A stretch of 64,000 bases of DNA from Octopus sinensis (Eukaryota): the NCBI RefSeq assembly GCF_006345805.1, contig NC_042999.1, forward strand, positions 35,526,001-35,590,000, given 5' to 3'. Position numbers and translations under genes: made by a program. The notes beneath the pieces were generated by a model, which worked only from the letters and a program-made list of their open reading frames with translations, had not been told where the DNA came from and did not search any database. Below are positions 12,830 through 24,216 of this stretch, piece after piece; within the stretch, counting starts at the first letter, position 1; each line of letters opens with the position of its first letter.

Positions 12830-14280
12830 AATGGGTTGATAAGGTAATCGAGGTAGTTAGAGTCTGTGATAGAATACTTAAGCTTAGATTAATGCTGTAA
12901 CGTGGATTAGCAACTATTATCTCGGCCTATGCCCCTCAGTCAGGGCTAGCTGATGAACTGAAAGACCAATTTTATGACACCCTCTTGCAGACTACTTCAT
13001 CGACGAATGACGGGAACCTTTTTGTGGCTCCGATTTCAATGGGCATGTTGGACAACATCCAGGGAGCTTCCATGGTTTACATGGCAGCAATGGATTTGGT
13101 TCCCACAAAGAGGAGGGAACCAGACTGCTGGAGTTCTGTGATGCAAATGATCTTATGATTTTTAATAGTAACTTCAGGAAACTTACAAGTCTGGTGGGTA
13201 CACTGGTCAGATTGACTACATTCGTGCCAGCAAACGGCAAACATGGCTACTTATAAATGCCAAAACTTTCCCAGGTAAAGAATGCACCCCTCAACATAGG
13301 CTACTAGGTAGCAACTTCAGGATCAGGGCTAAATAGCTGCCCAGAAGATGACTGGCATGGGAAAGAGGGGTCTAGAAGCTTAAGGATCCTCTGAATGGAC
13401 AGATTTAGAGCTATATTACTTGAAATTTTTGATGAAAAAGAGGATATAGTATGGAGGTTCCTACAGGACAACTTATTGAGAGCTACTGACCAAAACTGTC
13501 GCTGGTGCAAAGGCCCCTCTTGATCTAAGGTAACATGGTGGTGGAACAATCTAGTTGACAGGGCCATTAGGGAAAAGAAACAGGCATGGAAGGATTGGAA
13601 GTGTGGTGGTAGCTGGGAACATCAGATTGCTAGAAGGGAAGCTAGGGGACAAGCTTATTTGTGTGAGAGAGAGAATCGTGATATCATAGGGGAGAAATGT
13701 GTCCACATGGATGATGGCTCACTTGCATTTAATGATACTGCAAAGAGACTTGGAGATGCCACTATGAAAAGTTGCTAAATAAAGAGAATGAATGGGAGAA
13801 AGAATTTTCTAAATGTGGACCTAACAGAGGGACCAGCTATTTGAATTGACAGTACTTTGGAAGATAAAGCAATTAAGGGTATGAAGACGAGGAAAGCCTC
13901 CAGCCCATCAGGAATCACTGCTGAGATGCTTAAAATATCTGGTGGTGTGGGTCATAGCCTAGTCACCTGTATTGTAAATCAGGTAGTTCACGGAGTCATA
14001 CCTAATGATGAGTGTAGCTGCACCACGGTCAACTACTGCAAAGGTGATGCTTTAGATAGAAATAACTACTGGGGTACCAAATGACTGGATCAAGTGATGA
14101 AGGTCATTAGGGAGAGAGCCTAGATAAGATGCAGTTTGGTTTTGTGCCAGGTAGAAGCACCACTGATGCTATATTTTTGGTAAGGCAATTCGAGACAGGC
14201 TGCTCCTGAGAGCTCCTCTATGTTGATGACCTTGATCTCATAGCTGAATCACTCCCAGAACTGGAGAAGAACGGTGGTTT
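12830..14280 (+). mobile_element. Second degraded RTE LINE (APE through RT N-terminus)
   Basis: [37 protein letters not shown] and QFGFVPG-like segments; many stops and frameshifts. Confidence 0.8.
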
Positions 14281-14845
14281 TGGGGTAAAAAGAAACTGGT
14301 CCCTATAAAATGCTAGCTTCAACACCTTATTTCGTCTTTGGTTCTAGACCTTCTAAGGTCTAACCGCAGAGCACACAGCCTGTTCCAGCGACAGCAGCCT
14401 CATGGAGACGAATCAACACTCGACCAACAGCATACGGCAATCTCCATCTCCGTCGCCAACAACATCTCTCAACATACACAGCAACCAACAACTGTCACAC
14501 ATGGTTCTATCTCCTCATTGTTTGTGAATCACTTCACCGTGGTTAACAGAAAATACAACCTGCGAGAACTTCCTGTATCAAGTGACTGGCAGCAGCATAG
14601 TAGCCACAACTTCTTACATGACATGTACCTCAACCGGCTCTGCTTCTTCGCCTCAACTTCTTGTTACAGCACCTCATCTATTGTGTACCTTACTACAAAC
14701 TGGTACTTATCTTCATTGTGTCTGAACATTCTTCTAGTATCCTATTATAGACTCTTTCTATGCTCTGTATTTAATGCACATTATGTATACATGACGGCCT
14801 GTCTATTATTATTAGTATGCTTATATAATGCATACACAGACACAC

Positions 14846-16950
14846 ATCATCATCATCATCATCATCGTCGTTTAACGTCCGTTCTCCATGCTAGCATGGG
14901 TTGGACGGTTCGACCGGGGTTCTGGGAAGCCAGAAGGCTGCACCAGGCTCCAGTCTAATTTGGCAATGTTTCTACAGCTGGATGCCCTTCCTAACGCCAA
15001 CCACTCCGTGAGTGTAGTGGGTGCTTTTTACGTGCCACCTGCACAGGTGCCAGGCGGGGCTGGCAGCGGCCACGGTCAGATTGGTGTATTTTATGTGCCA
15101 CCGGCACGGAAGCCAGTCGAGGCGGTGCTGGCATCGGCCACGAGTCGGATAGTGCTTTTTACGTACCACCAGACCAGGGATCCTGGCTGGTTCAATTCGA
15201 TTTCGATTTCACTTGCCCCAACATGTCTTCACAAGCAAAGGGGGTTGGCAAGGGTGCCTGTCGTACGGTCGCATTGGAGTATTTTACGTGCCACGGCCAC
15301 GAGTCGGATAGTGCTTTTTACGTACCACCAGACCAGGGATCCTGGCTGGTTCAATTCGATTTCGATTTCGCTTGCCCCAACATGTCTTCACAAGCAAAGG
15401 GGGTTGGCATGGGTGCCTGTCTTACGGTCGCATTGGAGTATTTTACGTGCCACGGCCCCGAGTCGGATAGTGCTTTTTACGTACCACCAGGCCAGGGATC
15501 CTGGCTGGTTCAATTCGGTTTCGATTTCGATTTCGATTTCGCTTGCCCCAACATGTCTTCGCAAGCATGGGGGGTTGGGATGGGTGTCTGTCGTCGGATG
15601 AGGTTCTATATCGACTTCGCTTGCCTCAACCGGTCTTTGTGTCCAAGGGAGGAAAGGCATTCATAAGTGGGCTGGGCTCACTTGTCCTGCCTGGTCTTCT
15701 CACGTACAGAATATTTCCAAAGGTCTCGGTCTCTGGTCATTTCCTCAGTGAGGCCTAAAGTTCGAAGGTCGTGCTTCACCACCTCGTCCCAGGTTTTCCT
15801 GGGTCTACCTCTTCCACGGGTTCCCTCAACTGCTAGGGATTGGCACTTTCTCACACACCTATCTTCATCCATTCTCGCCACATGACCATACCAGCGCAAT
15901 CGTCTCTCTTGCACACCACAACTGATGCTTCTTAGGTACAACATTTCTCTCAAGGTGCTAACGCTCTGTCGAGTATGTACACTGACATTACACATCCATC
16001 GGAGCATACTGGCTTCATTCCTCACGAGCTTACGCATGTCCTCAGCAGTCACAGCCCATGTTTCGCTGCCATGTAGCATGGCTGTTCGTACACACGCATC
16101 ATACAGTCTGCCTTTTACTCTGAGCGAGAGGCCTTTAGTCACCAGCAGAGGTAAGAGCTCCCTAAACTTTGCCCAGGCTATTCTTATTCTAGCAGTTACA
16201 CTTTCAGCGCACCCACCCCCACTACTGACTTGGTCACCTAGATAACGGAAGCTATCAACTACTTCTAGTTTTTTCCCCTGGAAAGTGACGGAAGTTGTTT
16301 TCTGCAGATTTTCGGAGGTTAATGCTCCCGAGCATCTGCCACATACAAAAACTATCTTCCCAGTTAGCCTACCTTTGACATTGCTGCACCTCTTATGTGT
16401 CCATAGCTTACACTGGGTACATCTTATAGAGTTTCTACCTACACCTTTTCTACAGATCGAGCAGGGCCATCTTCCTGAAGATATTTGTGGATTGTCTACC
16501 TTTCTACTTATTAGTACTTTGGTTTTAGCTAGGTTGACTCTAAGGCCCCTGATTCTAAACCCTCCTTCCACACCTGGAACTTCTCCTCCAGTTCTGATAG
16601 TGACTCAGCAATAAGAGCAAGGTCGTCAGCGTAGAGGAGCTCCCAGGGACAGCCTGTCTTGAATTCCTCCGTAATTGCCTGGAGTACTATGATAAATAGG
16701 AGGGGGCTGAGTACTGAACCCTGGTGGACCCCAACCTCTACTTTGAATTCTTCTGTGTACATGTTGCCAACCCTAACCTTACTTACGGCATCTCTGTACA
16801 TGGCTTGCACAGTCCTCACCAGCCATTCATCTATCCCTAGTTTCCTCATTGACCACCAGATAAGGGATCGGGGGACCCTATCAAAAGCTTTCTCCATGTC
16901 AACGAAAGCCAGGTACAGGGGCTTATCTTTGGCTAGGTATTTCTCCTGCA
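14846..16950 (-). mobile_element. RTE-clade non-LTR retrotransposon, 5'-truncated, one frameshift; RT, PHD-like finger, long 3' UTR and (GAT)n tail
   Basis: ORFs 16529-16987 and 15678-16571 ([27 protein letters not shown]) are joined by a 1-nt deletion at ~16550 relative to the 41-kb copy. The tail reads catcatcat at 14846. Confidence 0.93.
15136..15590. repeat. 159-bp tandem repeat (~3 copies) inside an RTE 3' UTR
   Basis: Units start at 15136, 15295 and 15454. Confidence 0.9.
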
Positions 16951-17008
16951 TAAAAATCTTTTTTTTCCTTCTGGCACTTGTACTCATTCATACCTTTTGC
17001 ATTTATTA

Positions 17009-17308
17009 GTGGCACGTAAAAAGCACCATCCGTTCGTGGCCATTGCCAGCCTCGCCTGGCCCCCATGCCGGTGGCATGTAAAAAGCACCATCTGATCGTG
17101 GCCGTTTGCCAGCCTCGTCTGGCACCTGTGCCGGTGGCACGTAAAAAGCAGCCAGTACACTCACGGAGTGGTTGGCGTTAGGAAGGGCATCCAGCCGTAG
17201 AAACACTGCCAGATCAAACTGGGCCTGGTGCAGCCTTCTGGCTTCTCAGATCCCAGTTGAACCATCCAACCCATGCTAGCATGGATAGCGGACGCTAAAC
17301 GATGATGA
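17009..17308 (+). mobile_element. RTE 3' tail fragment
   Basis: Same 3' UTR modules and (gat)n tail. Confidence 0.85.
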
Positions 17309-17827
17309 TTTGACATCGCTAGAAAAAAATCCCATTTTCCGTAGTGGTGTCGTATGAAATTGTCACCCATAATTATAACCCTAGTATTGATCTATTGCAT
17401 TTCAATCTATTTTAGATTTAGGGTTAGAGTTAGGGGTGGGGGAAGGGTATCTTTTTTCTTCACAAATGTAAATAAACCCAATCTGTTTTTTAAAGGAGGG
17501 ACATATTCATTATGCACAGAATGTTATTTACGTCAATGGAGGGGTCGATTAAATAAGTACCAGTTACGCACTGGGGTCGATATAATCAACTTAATCCATT
17601 TGTCTGTCTTTGTTTGTCCTCTCTGTGTTTAGCCCCTTGTGGGTAGTAAAGAAATAGGTTAAAATTCGAAAAATTAAACTACGTTAAACAAACGAATTAC
17701 AAATTTATCAAGAAAGCCAAGTGAAAATAATGTTTTCTTTTGACACATTCTACCAGTATATGAAGTTTTAAAGTGTTTAGTTAACTAGAAATTGTGTTGA
17801 AATCTGGCCTTCAAAAGGAAAAGATCC

Positions 17828-17939
17828 AAGCCTAGTACTTATTCTATCGGGCTATTTTACCGAACTGCTAAGTTACGGTGACGTAAACACACAAGCATCG
17901 GTTGTCAAGCAATGTGGGGGAGGGGACAAACACACACAC

Positions 17940-17970
<31 letters not shown>

Positions 17971-18102
17971 CGACGGGCTTCTTTCAGTTTCCGTCTACCC
18001 AAGGCTATAGTAGAAGACACTTGCCCAAGGTGCCACGCAGTGGGACTGAACCCGGAACCATTTGGTTGGTAAGCAAGCTACTTACCACACAGCCACTCCT
18101 GC
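17828..18102 (-). mobile_element. SINE family A, partial
   Basis: Matches the family consensus with an internal deletion. Confidence 0.85.
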
Positions 18103-18149
18103 ACGTATCTATCAATTTTTCGCTTTGTGTGTGTGTTTATGTATGTATG

Positions 18150-20200
18150 TAAGTCAGACCTGCTTTTCATTGTGCTGACACAGAGACAAGCTGTTGTGTA
18201 CTTTGTGCGAAAGGTAAGACAGAAAAGATCCTAAACAGGCCAGAAATAGCAGTATAATTCTTCTGGGAGGTGTAATAGCGATAGAAAAGATGGGTAGGTA
18301 TACTGTTAGCTGAGAAATAGCTAGAAAAAGTAATTGATGTAGGAATATTGAGACTGTTGGCCACTCAAGAGCAACATTTATCTCAGCATGTGTCCCAGAA
18401 GCAGGACTGTCAGAACATCTATGAGGCCCTTCTGCAGATTCTCTCAGTAGGAACTTCAGCAGAAATGTTGACCAACATGATGATAGCTTACATGACATAT
18501 TTGGGGGTTGTGGATATGGTTCAAGAAATGATGAGAGTGTAAGGCTCCTGGAGTTCTGTGATACACCTGATCTAACAATTTGTAACATGCACTTTAAGAA
18601 ACTAGCCAACCATCTCCTCACCTCCCAATTTAGCAAACACACAAGCCAGCTAGATTACATTTTCCCCAGAAAATAAGACTGAAGTGATATTGTAGATAAC
18701 AAAACCTTTCCTGGTGAAGAATGCACTACACACCATAGATTAGTGACTAGTGACTTCCGAGTAAGAGCTAGGTAGGCACAGACACAAGACAGTATGGAGA
18801 AGGAAGATATGTAGACTAAAGGATCCTTCAATTGGGAAATGATTTAGAGAAATTCTAATTGATGTATACGACTGTAGGGAGAAAGATCTAGATACCCACA
18901 GTATCAATGATAACTGGGAATTTCTATGAAATAAACTGCCTTGGGCTACAGATCAGACATGCAGCCAGAGTGAGCCAAGGGCGATGGAATGATATAGTTG
19001 ATAAGGCAGTAAAAGCTAAGAGATAGGCTTGGAAAACCTGAAAGGAAGCTGGTAGTAGAAAGCATTATCAAATGGCTAGAACAAAGAAGACAGGTATATA
19101 TGGCTATGGGTGAAGCTAGATGACAGTTATATTTGGTTACAGAAGATATGCATATATCCTACAATATCATCATCATCATCGTTTAGCGTCCGCTTTCCAT
19201 GCTGGCATGGGTTGGACGGTGCAACTGGGGTCTGGGAAGCCAGAAGGCTGCACCAGGCCCAGTCTGATCTGGCAATGTTTCTACAGCTGGATGCCCTTCC
19301 TAACGCCAACCACTCCATGAGTATAGTGGGTGCTTTTAACGTGCCACCAGCACAGGTACCAGACGAGGCTGGCAAACGGCCACAGTCAGATGGTGCTTTT
19401 TACGTGCCACCGGCACGGAGGCCAGGCGTGGCTGGCAACGGCCATGATCAGATGGTGCTTTTTATGTGCCACCAGCACGGAAGCCAGTCGGGGCAGCACT
19501 GGCAATGGCCACGTTCGGATGATTCTCTTATGTGCCACCGGCACTGGTATCACAGCTACAATTTCCATTGATGTTGATCGATTTTGATTTTCACTTGCCT
19601 CAACAGTTCTTCACAAGTAGAGTTTTGTGTCCCAAGAAAGAAAGGTATGCATAAGTGAACTGAGGCCATGGGTTATGGTCTCACTTGTCCTGCCGGGTCT
19701 TCTCACGCACAGCATACTTCCAAATGTGAAGGCAGGAAAATTTTTCAGAGTTGTGGGACAGTGTGAAAGAGAACTGAGATGTCAGTAATGAGAAGAGTAT
19801 TCAGAATGATGAAAACATACTTGCCATAGATATTGAAAACAAAGAAACAGATGTGGAGGTGCTATTATGAAAGGATGCTGAATGTGAAGAATGATGTATG
19901 GGACAAAGAGGGGCTACCTCACGCTGATCCTACAGAAAAGGACTAGCAATTCTAGGGGACAGCAGCTTGGTATATAAAGCAATTAAGGACATGAAGAGAA
20001 GGAAAGCTACGTCCATCAAGGATAGCTGCAAAGGTGCTGAAAATATCTGGTGAGGTAGGGTACATGATCACCACCCATACAGTTAATAAAGTTATACAAG
20101 AAGATGTCATACCTAACGACTGGCATAACAGCATCATCATAAATTGCAGCAAAAGCAAAGAAGATGCTTTAGAGAGAAGTAATTATAGAAGAATTAAATA
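18150..20200 (+). mobile_element. Highly degraded RTE LINE interrupted by a younger minus-strand RTE 3' fragment (19166-19720)
   Basis: APE-like ISACVPEAGLS and aaaacctttcctggtgaagaatg shared with the other old copies. Confidence 0.65.
19166..19720 (-). mobile_element. RTE 3' UTR and tail fragment reaching the ORF2 stop region
   Basis: catcatcatcgtttagcgtcc... through gggtcttctcacgcacagcatacttcc. Confidence 0.85.
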
Positions 20201-21298
20201 TTAGCAGCCTTTTGCAGAGTCCACTCTGCTACAAGCATTTGGTTCAGATCTCTGGTTTGAGGATACTTCTTTCTTAAGCCTCCTAAGAGGCTTATGAGCA
20301 TTGCTTTTCTTCCTAAGAGATAAGAAAAAAAGACAGCAAAGACTAACAATTCAGCTAAAAGTCACTGGATGTAGTACAGCTGCTGGTATAAATGTAAAGG
20401 AGTAGAAGAAAATAAAATATGAAGTTTATTAACCCTTTAGCATTTAAACTGGCTAGATCCAGCCTCTCACACCTACCCTACAATGTCATTCAAAAAATAA
20501 ACAATCACATCTTCAAAATCTTGAAGCTACAAGATACCACATGATTAATTTTAAAAGATGTGGATAAATAAACATTACATTTGATTAAATTAATCTGAAT
20601 GTTCAAGAGTGAAACAAAAAAAATATTTGGTTAGAAAGGAATTGATGATCAAATATTCAAATACTGTAGGATTAAGGTTATTATTTTAATAAAATTGTTA
20701 GCATTAAAATGTTACCAGCATAGAAAAGTCCTTTTAATGTTTATCTATGAACATCCTGATTCTATCTTCTAATTTTACTATTTTTCAGTATGGTGTGAAG
20801 ATCAAGATGCTCTGCACCTGAAATTTAATTGGCACTTTGTTCAGTGTTTGATGGTTTTATTTCTTTCTGTTCAACTCCTCCTATTAAAGTTGCTATTGTT
20901 TTATTTACATACACACATTTTAATTTTTTTCTATTTTGATAATTAAAATTAATTACAACTAATATTCCAATGTTAGTACAGAGAGGAGTTATTTTGTAAA
21001 TTAGAAATAAGAGTTATTGATTAGCCCTGAATTGAGCAGATCTATGAAGAAAGGTATTCAGGTCATGAACATCCTGTCATTTTAATGATATTAATGATTA
21101 CACTGGCCATATCTGGCTTAAATATTCTATCTGTTCTACATTCAAACTGAACACACCTGGTCTTCTGATGATAGCCACAACCCCCTATTACAACAAGGCT
21201 CTGGCTTCCAGTGGGTTTAAGGACTGCATCTCCTATATGCTGGGCCCTAACACCTGAAAAAGGAAGTGCTACATAAAATCATTCAGTTTGCCTCACCC

Positions 21299-21713
21299 TT
21301 ACTCTTTTACTCTCTTTTACTTGTTTCAGTCATTTGACTGCAGCCATGTTGGAGCACTGCCTTTAGTCGAGCAAATCAACCCTGGGACTTATTCTTTGTA
21401 AGCCCAGTACTTATTCTATCGGTCTCTTTTGCCGAACCGCTAAGTGGCGGAGACGTAAACACACCAGCATCGGTTGTCAAGCAATGCTAGGGGGACAAAC
21501 ACAGGCACACAAACATATACACACACACTTATATATATATACATATATACGACAGGCTTCTTTCAGTTTCCGTCTACCAAATCCACTCACAAGGCATTGG
21601 TCGGGCCAGGGCTATAGCAGAAGACACCTGCCCAAGATGCCACGCAGTGGGACTGAACCCGGAACCATGTGGTTGGTTAGCAAGCTACTTACCACACAGC
21701 CACTCCTGCGCCT
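21299..21713 (-). mobile_element. SINE family A, full length
   Basis: Head to tail present. Confidence 0.9.
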
Positions 21714-22234
21714 TCTCACCCATCATCAAGACTTGTGGGAAAAATCTTAAAGCTATGAGATAATGCATGATTAGATCAAAACAATGTGATTAAATAAGCA
21801 TTATATTTGACAGAGTAATCTGAAAGCTAAAAGGTTAAGACAGTGAGGTGTTATTTGAGAAGTATTTGGTGGTTAATGCTAACAGACAGAGCAATCTCTA
21901 GAAACCCTTCGGTAACTAGTTCTATCATTATTAACCAAGCAAATGAGCAATTCGAATAATTATTTATGTCAATTTATAGAATATGAGTGTAGCAATGTTT
22001 AAACTTTGAGACATGTGATCAGTAACCCAGCACCATAATATCAGTTGCTGTATCATCAGTTCACTTCCTACAAAAAATAGAATGTAGAAATGAAACCAGC
22101 TGATGATGTATAAATTTTGTGGATAAAATAAAACTCAAATAAATGAAATCTAAAATTAACAAGAGCCAGAAATAGATAATACTTAAAAGGAAACTTTGGC
22201 CTCCTCAGTTTGTATAAATTATTATTACCAGATG

Positions 22235-22506
22235 ATGCTAGCATGGGTTAGACGGTTCAACTGGGGTCTGTGAAGCCAGAAGGCTGCATCAGGCCCAGTC
22301 TGATCTGGCAGTGCTTCTACGGCTGGATGCCCTTCCTAACGCCAACCACTACACTCGCGGAGTGGTTGGCGTTAGGAAGGGCATCCAGCCGTAGAAACAC
22401 TGCCAGATCAGACTGGGCCTGGTGCAGCCTTCTGGCTTCACAGACCCCAGTTGAACCGTCCAACCCATGCTAGCATGGAAAACGGACGCTAAATGATGAT
22501 GATGAT
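22235..22506. mobile_element. Fold-back (inverted duplicated) RTE tail insertion
   Basis: 116-bp arms at 22235-22350 and 22361-22476 with 3 mismatches and a 10-nt loop, followed by the (gat)n tail. Confidence 0.9.
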
Positions 22507-22910
22507 GTGCTGGCAGAATAGTTACTGTACTGGAAAAAAAATGTTTAGCAGCATTTCTTCCGGTTTTATGTTCTGAGTTCAAATTCTGCTGGGCTTGACT
22601 TAACACACCAGGCAAGATGCTTAGAGGCATTTTGTTCATCTTTACATTCTGAATTCAAATTCCAGTTCGCCAAGGTTGACTCCACCTTTCATCCTTTAGG
22701 TGTCAATAAAATAAGTATCAGTGAAACACGGAAACTAATGTCATTGACCTGCCTAGTTCCTCAAACTTGCTGGCTTTGTATAAAAATTTGAAATCGTCAT
22801 CATAATCATCAGTAGCAGCATTATCATTATTGAAAACAAAATATACAAATTTTTAATAAATGAGTTTCGAACATTAGGTTCACTGAAAAAATAAAATCTT
22901 CAACATTCTC

Positions 22911-22946
<36 letters not shown>

Positions 22947-23653
22947 AGAATCCAATCAAATTAATTAATTTCAAGAATATTTAATTATTTATTCATTGAT
23001 AATTGTTTAGTTTCAATTTGAATGTTAAAAAAATTTTTTAATGTATGTTTGTGAATGGGAGGAAGATTGGAAGCTGGGACTGGGGAGAGCAAGCATAAGA
23101 AGAATTCAGTTTATCACTTGGGTAGAGTTAATTCCCTTCATAAGGGGACATCATGTAAGCCTCCCTTCATAAGGGGACATCATGTAAGCCAAAGTTTTGC
23201 TGTTTTATCTCACAGATTAGTCAAAATGAATTATTTAACTTTCTCTATAATCCAGAAGTGATGATATTTTTACATCTTGGCAGGAAGGAGAAGAAAAAAT
23301 AACACAATTTTCTTTCTCATCTCTTTTTTTTTTTTTTGTTTGGAAAAGAAAAATTTAAAGCATGAGGTTGAGTGAAGTAATGACATTGATCCATTTTGTG
23401 AGAAACATGAAATATATTAAAGTTTTATATCATAAACTTTGTCTCTCCAATTTTGTAACAGTATTGGTAAAATTATTATTATCATTATATATATATATAT
23501 ATATATATGAGCTGTAAAAAATACAAATTAAAAAAGAATATGATCTTTTAGATATGATCTTGTGATCCAGTGCTTGAGAACTAAAGATGAGTTCAATGAT
23601 GGTATACTTCCAGATAAATTAGAGTCACTTTCTTGGGTATATTACAAGCAGTT

Positions 23654-23761
23654 TCACACCTTATATTGTCTGAGCTGCTCAACATGATGTCGTAGATGTT
23701 TTAAATAATCTAGCTGCATGCCACCCAGTGCTGAATCAACTAATTTCTGGGGTAGCATACC
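23654..23761 (-). CDS. STARD3: STARD3 last coding exon
   Basis: ttgcag|[35 protein letters not shown]. Confidence 0.92.
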   Translation of the reverse strand, partial: GMLPQKLVDSALGGMQLDYLKHLRHHVEQLRQYKV

Positions 23762-24180
23762 CTGCAACAGATTGTAAAATAAAATGTTAATTTGAGAAAT
23801 TAACAAGAAAAAAATTTTAAAAACTGACTGCAGGAAAATAAACACAAACACTGACACACACAAACACACACACACACATTGAAACAGTGAGTTAATTAAG
23901 GAAATCTCAAATGAAAAGATGCCCAGAAAATTGGGTAAAAATACTCCTAAAAATGGAAAAAAGTGACCAGTAGCAGCTACAGAGAATCAAACTCTATACC
24001 TCTCAAATTCTGGCTGAGTGCTCTGTACCATCCAGCTAAACAACCCCTCACAACAGAGACCATCTTTTTTTTTTATAACACTAAGTAATAACATTTGGAA
24101 AGTGAGAACATTTTTGTAAACAAACATTGAGATGCCGAATGAGTTGGTATTTTTTAGAGATTACGGAAATTTCAAACATG

Positions 24181-24216
<36 letters not shown>

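Noticed and set aside
14338-14958. 206-aa ORF
   Set aside because: GTG/TTG-type start, no recognisable motif, and it runs into the antisense RTE tail; likely a chance ORF.
14846-17308. Long minus RTE plus short plus-strand tail read as one twin-primed or fold-back insertion
   Set aside because: The two tails differ at subfamily-diagnostic positions and ~58 bp of unrelated DNA separates them; two independent insertions are more likely.
17410-17440. Telomere-like TTAGGG motifs
   Set aside because: Only one or two degenerate units; not an interstitial telomeric array.
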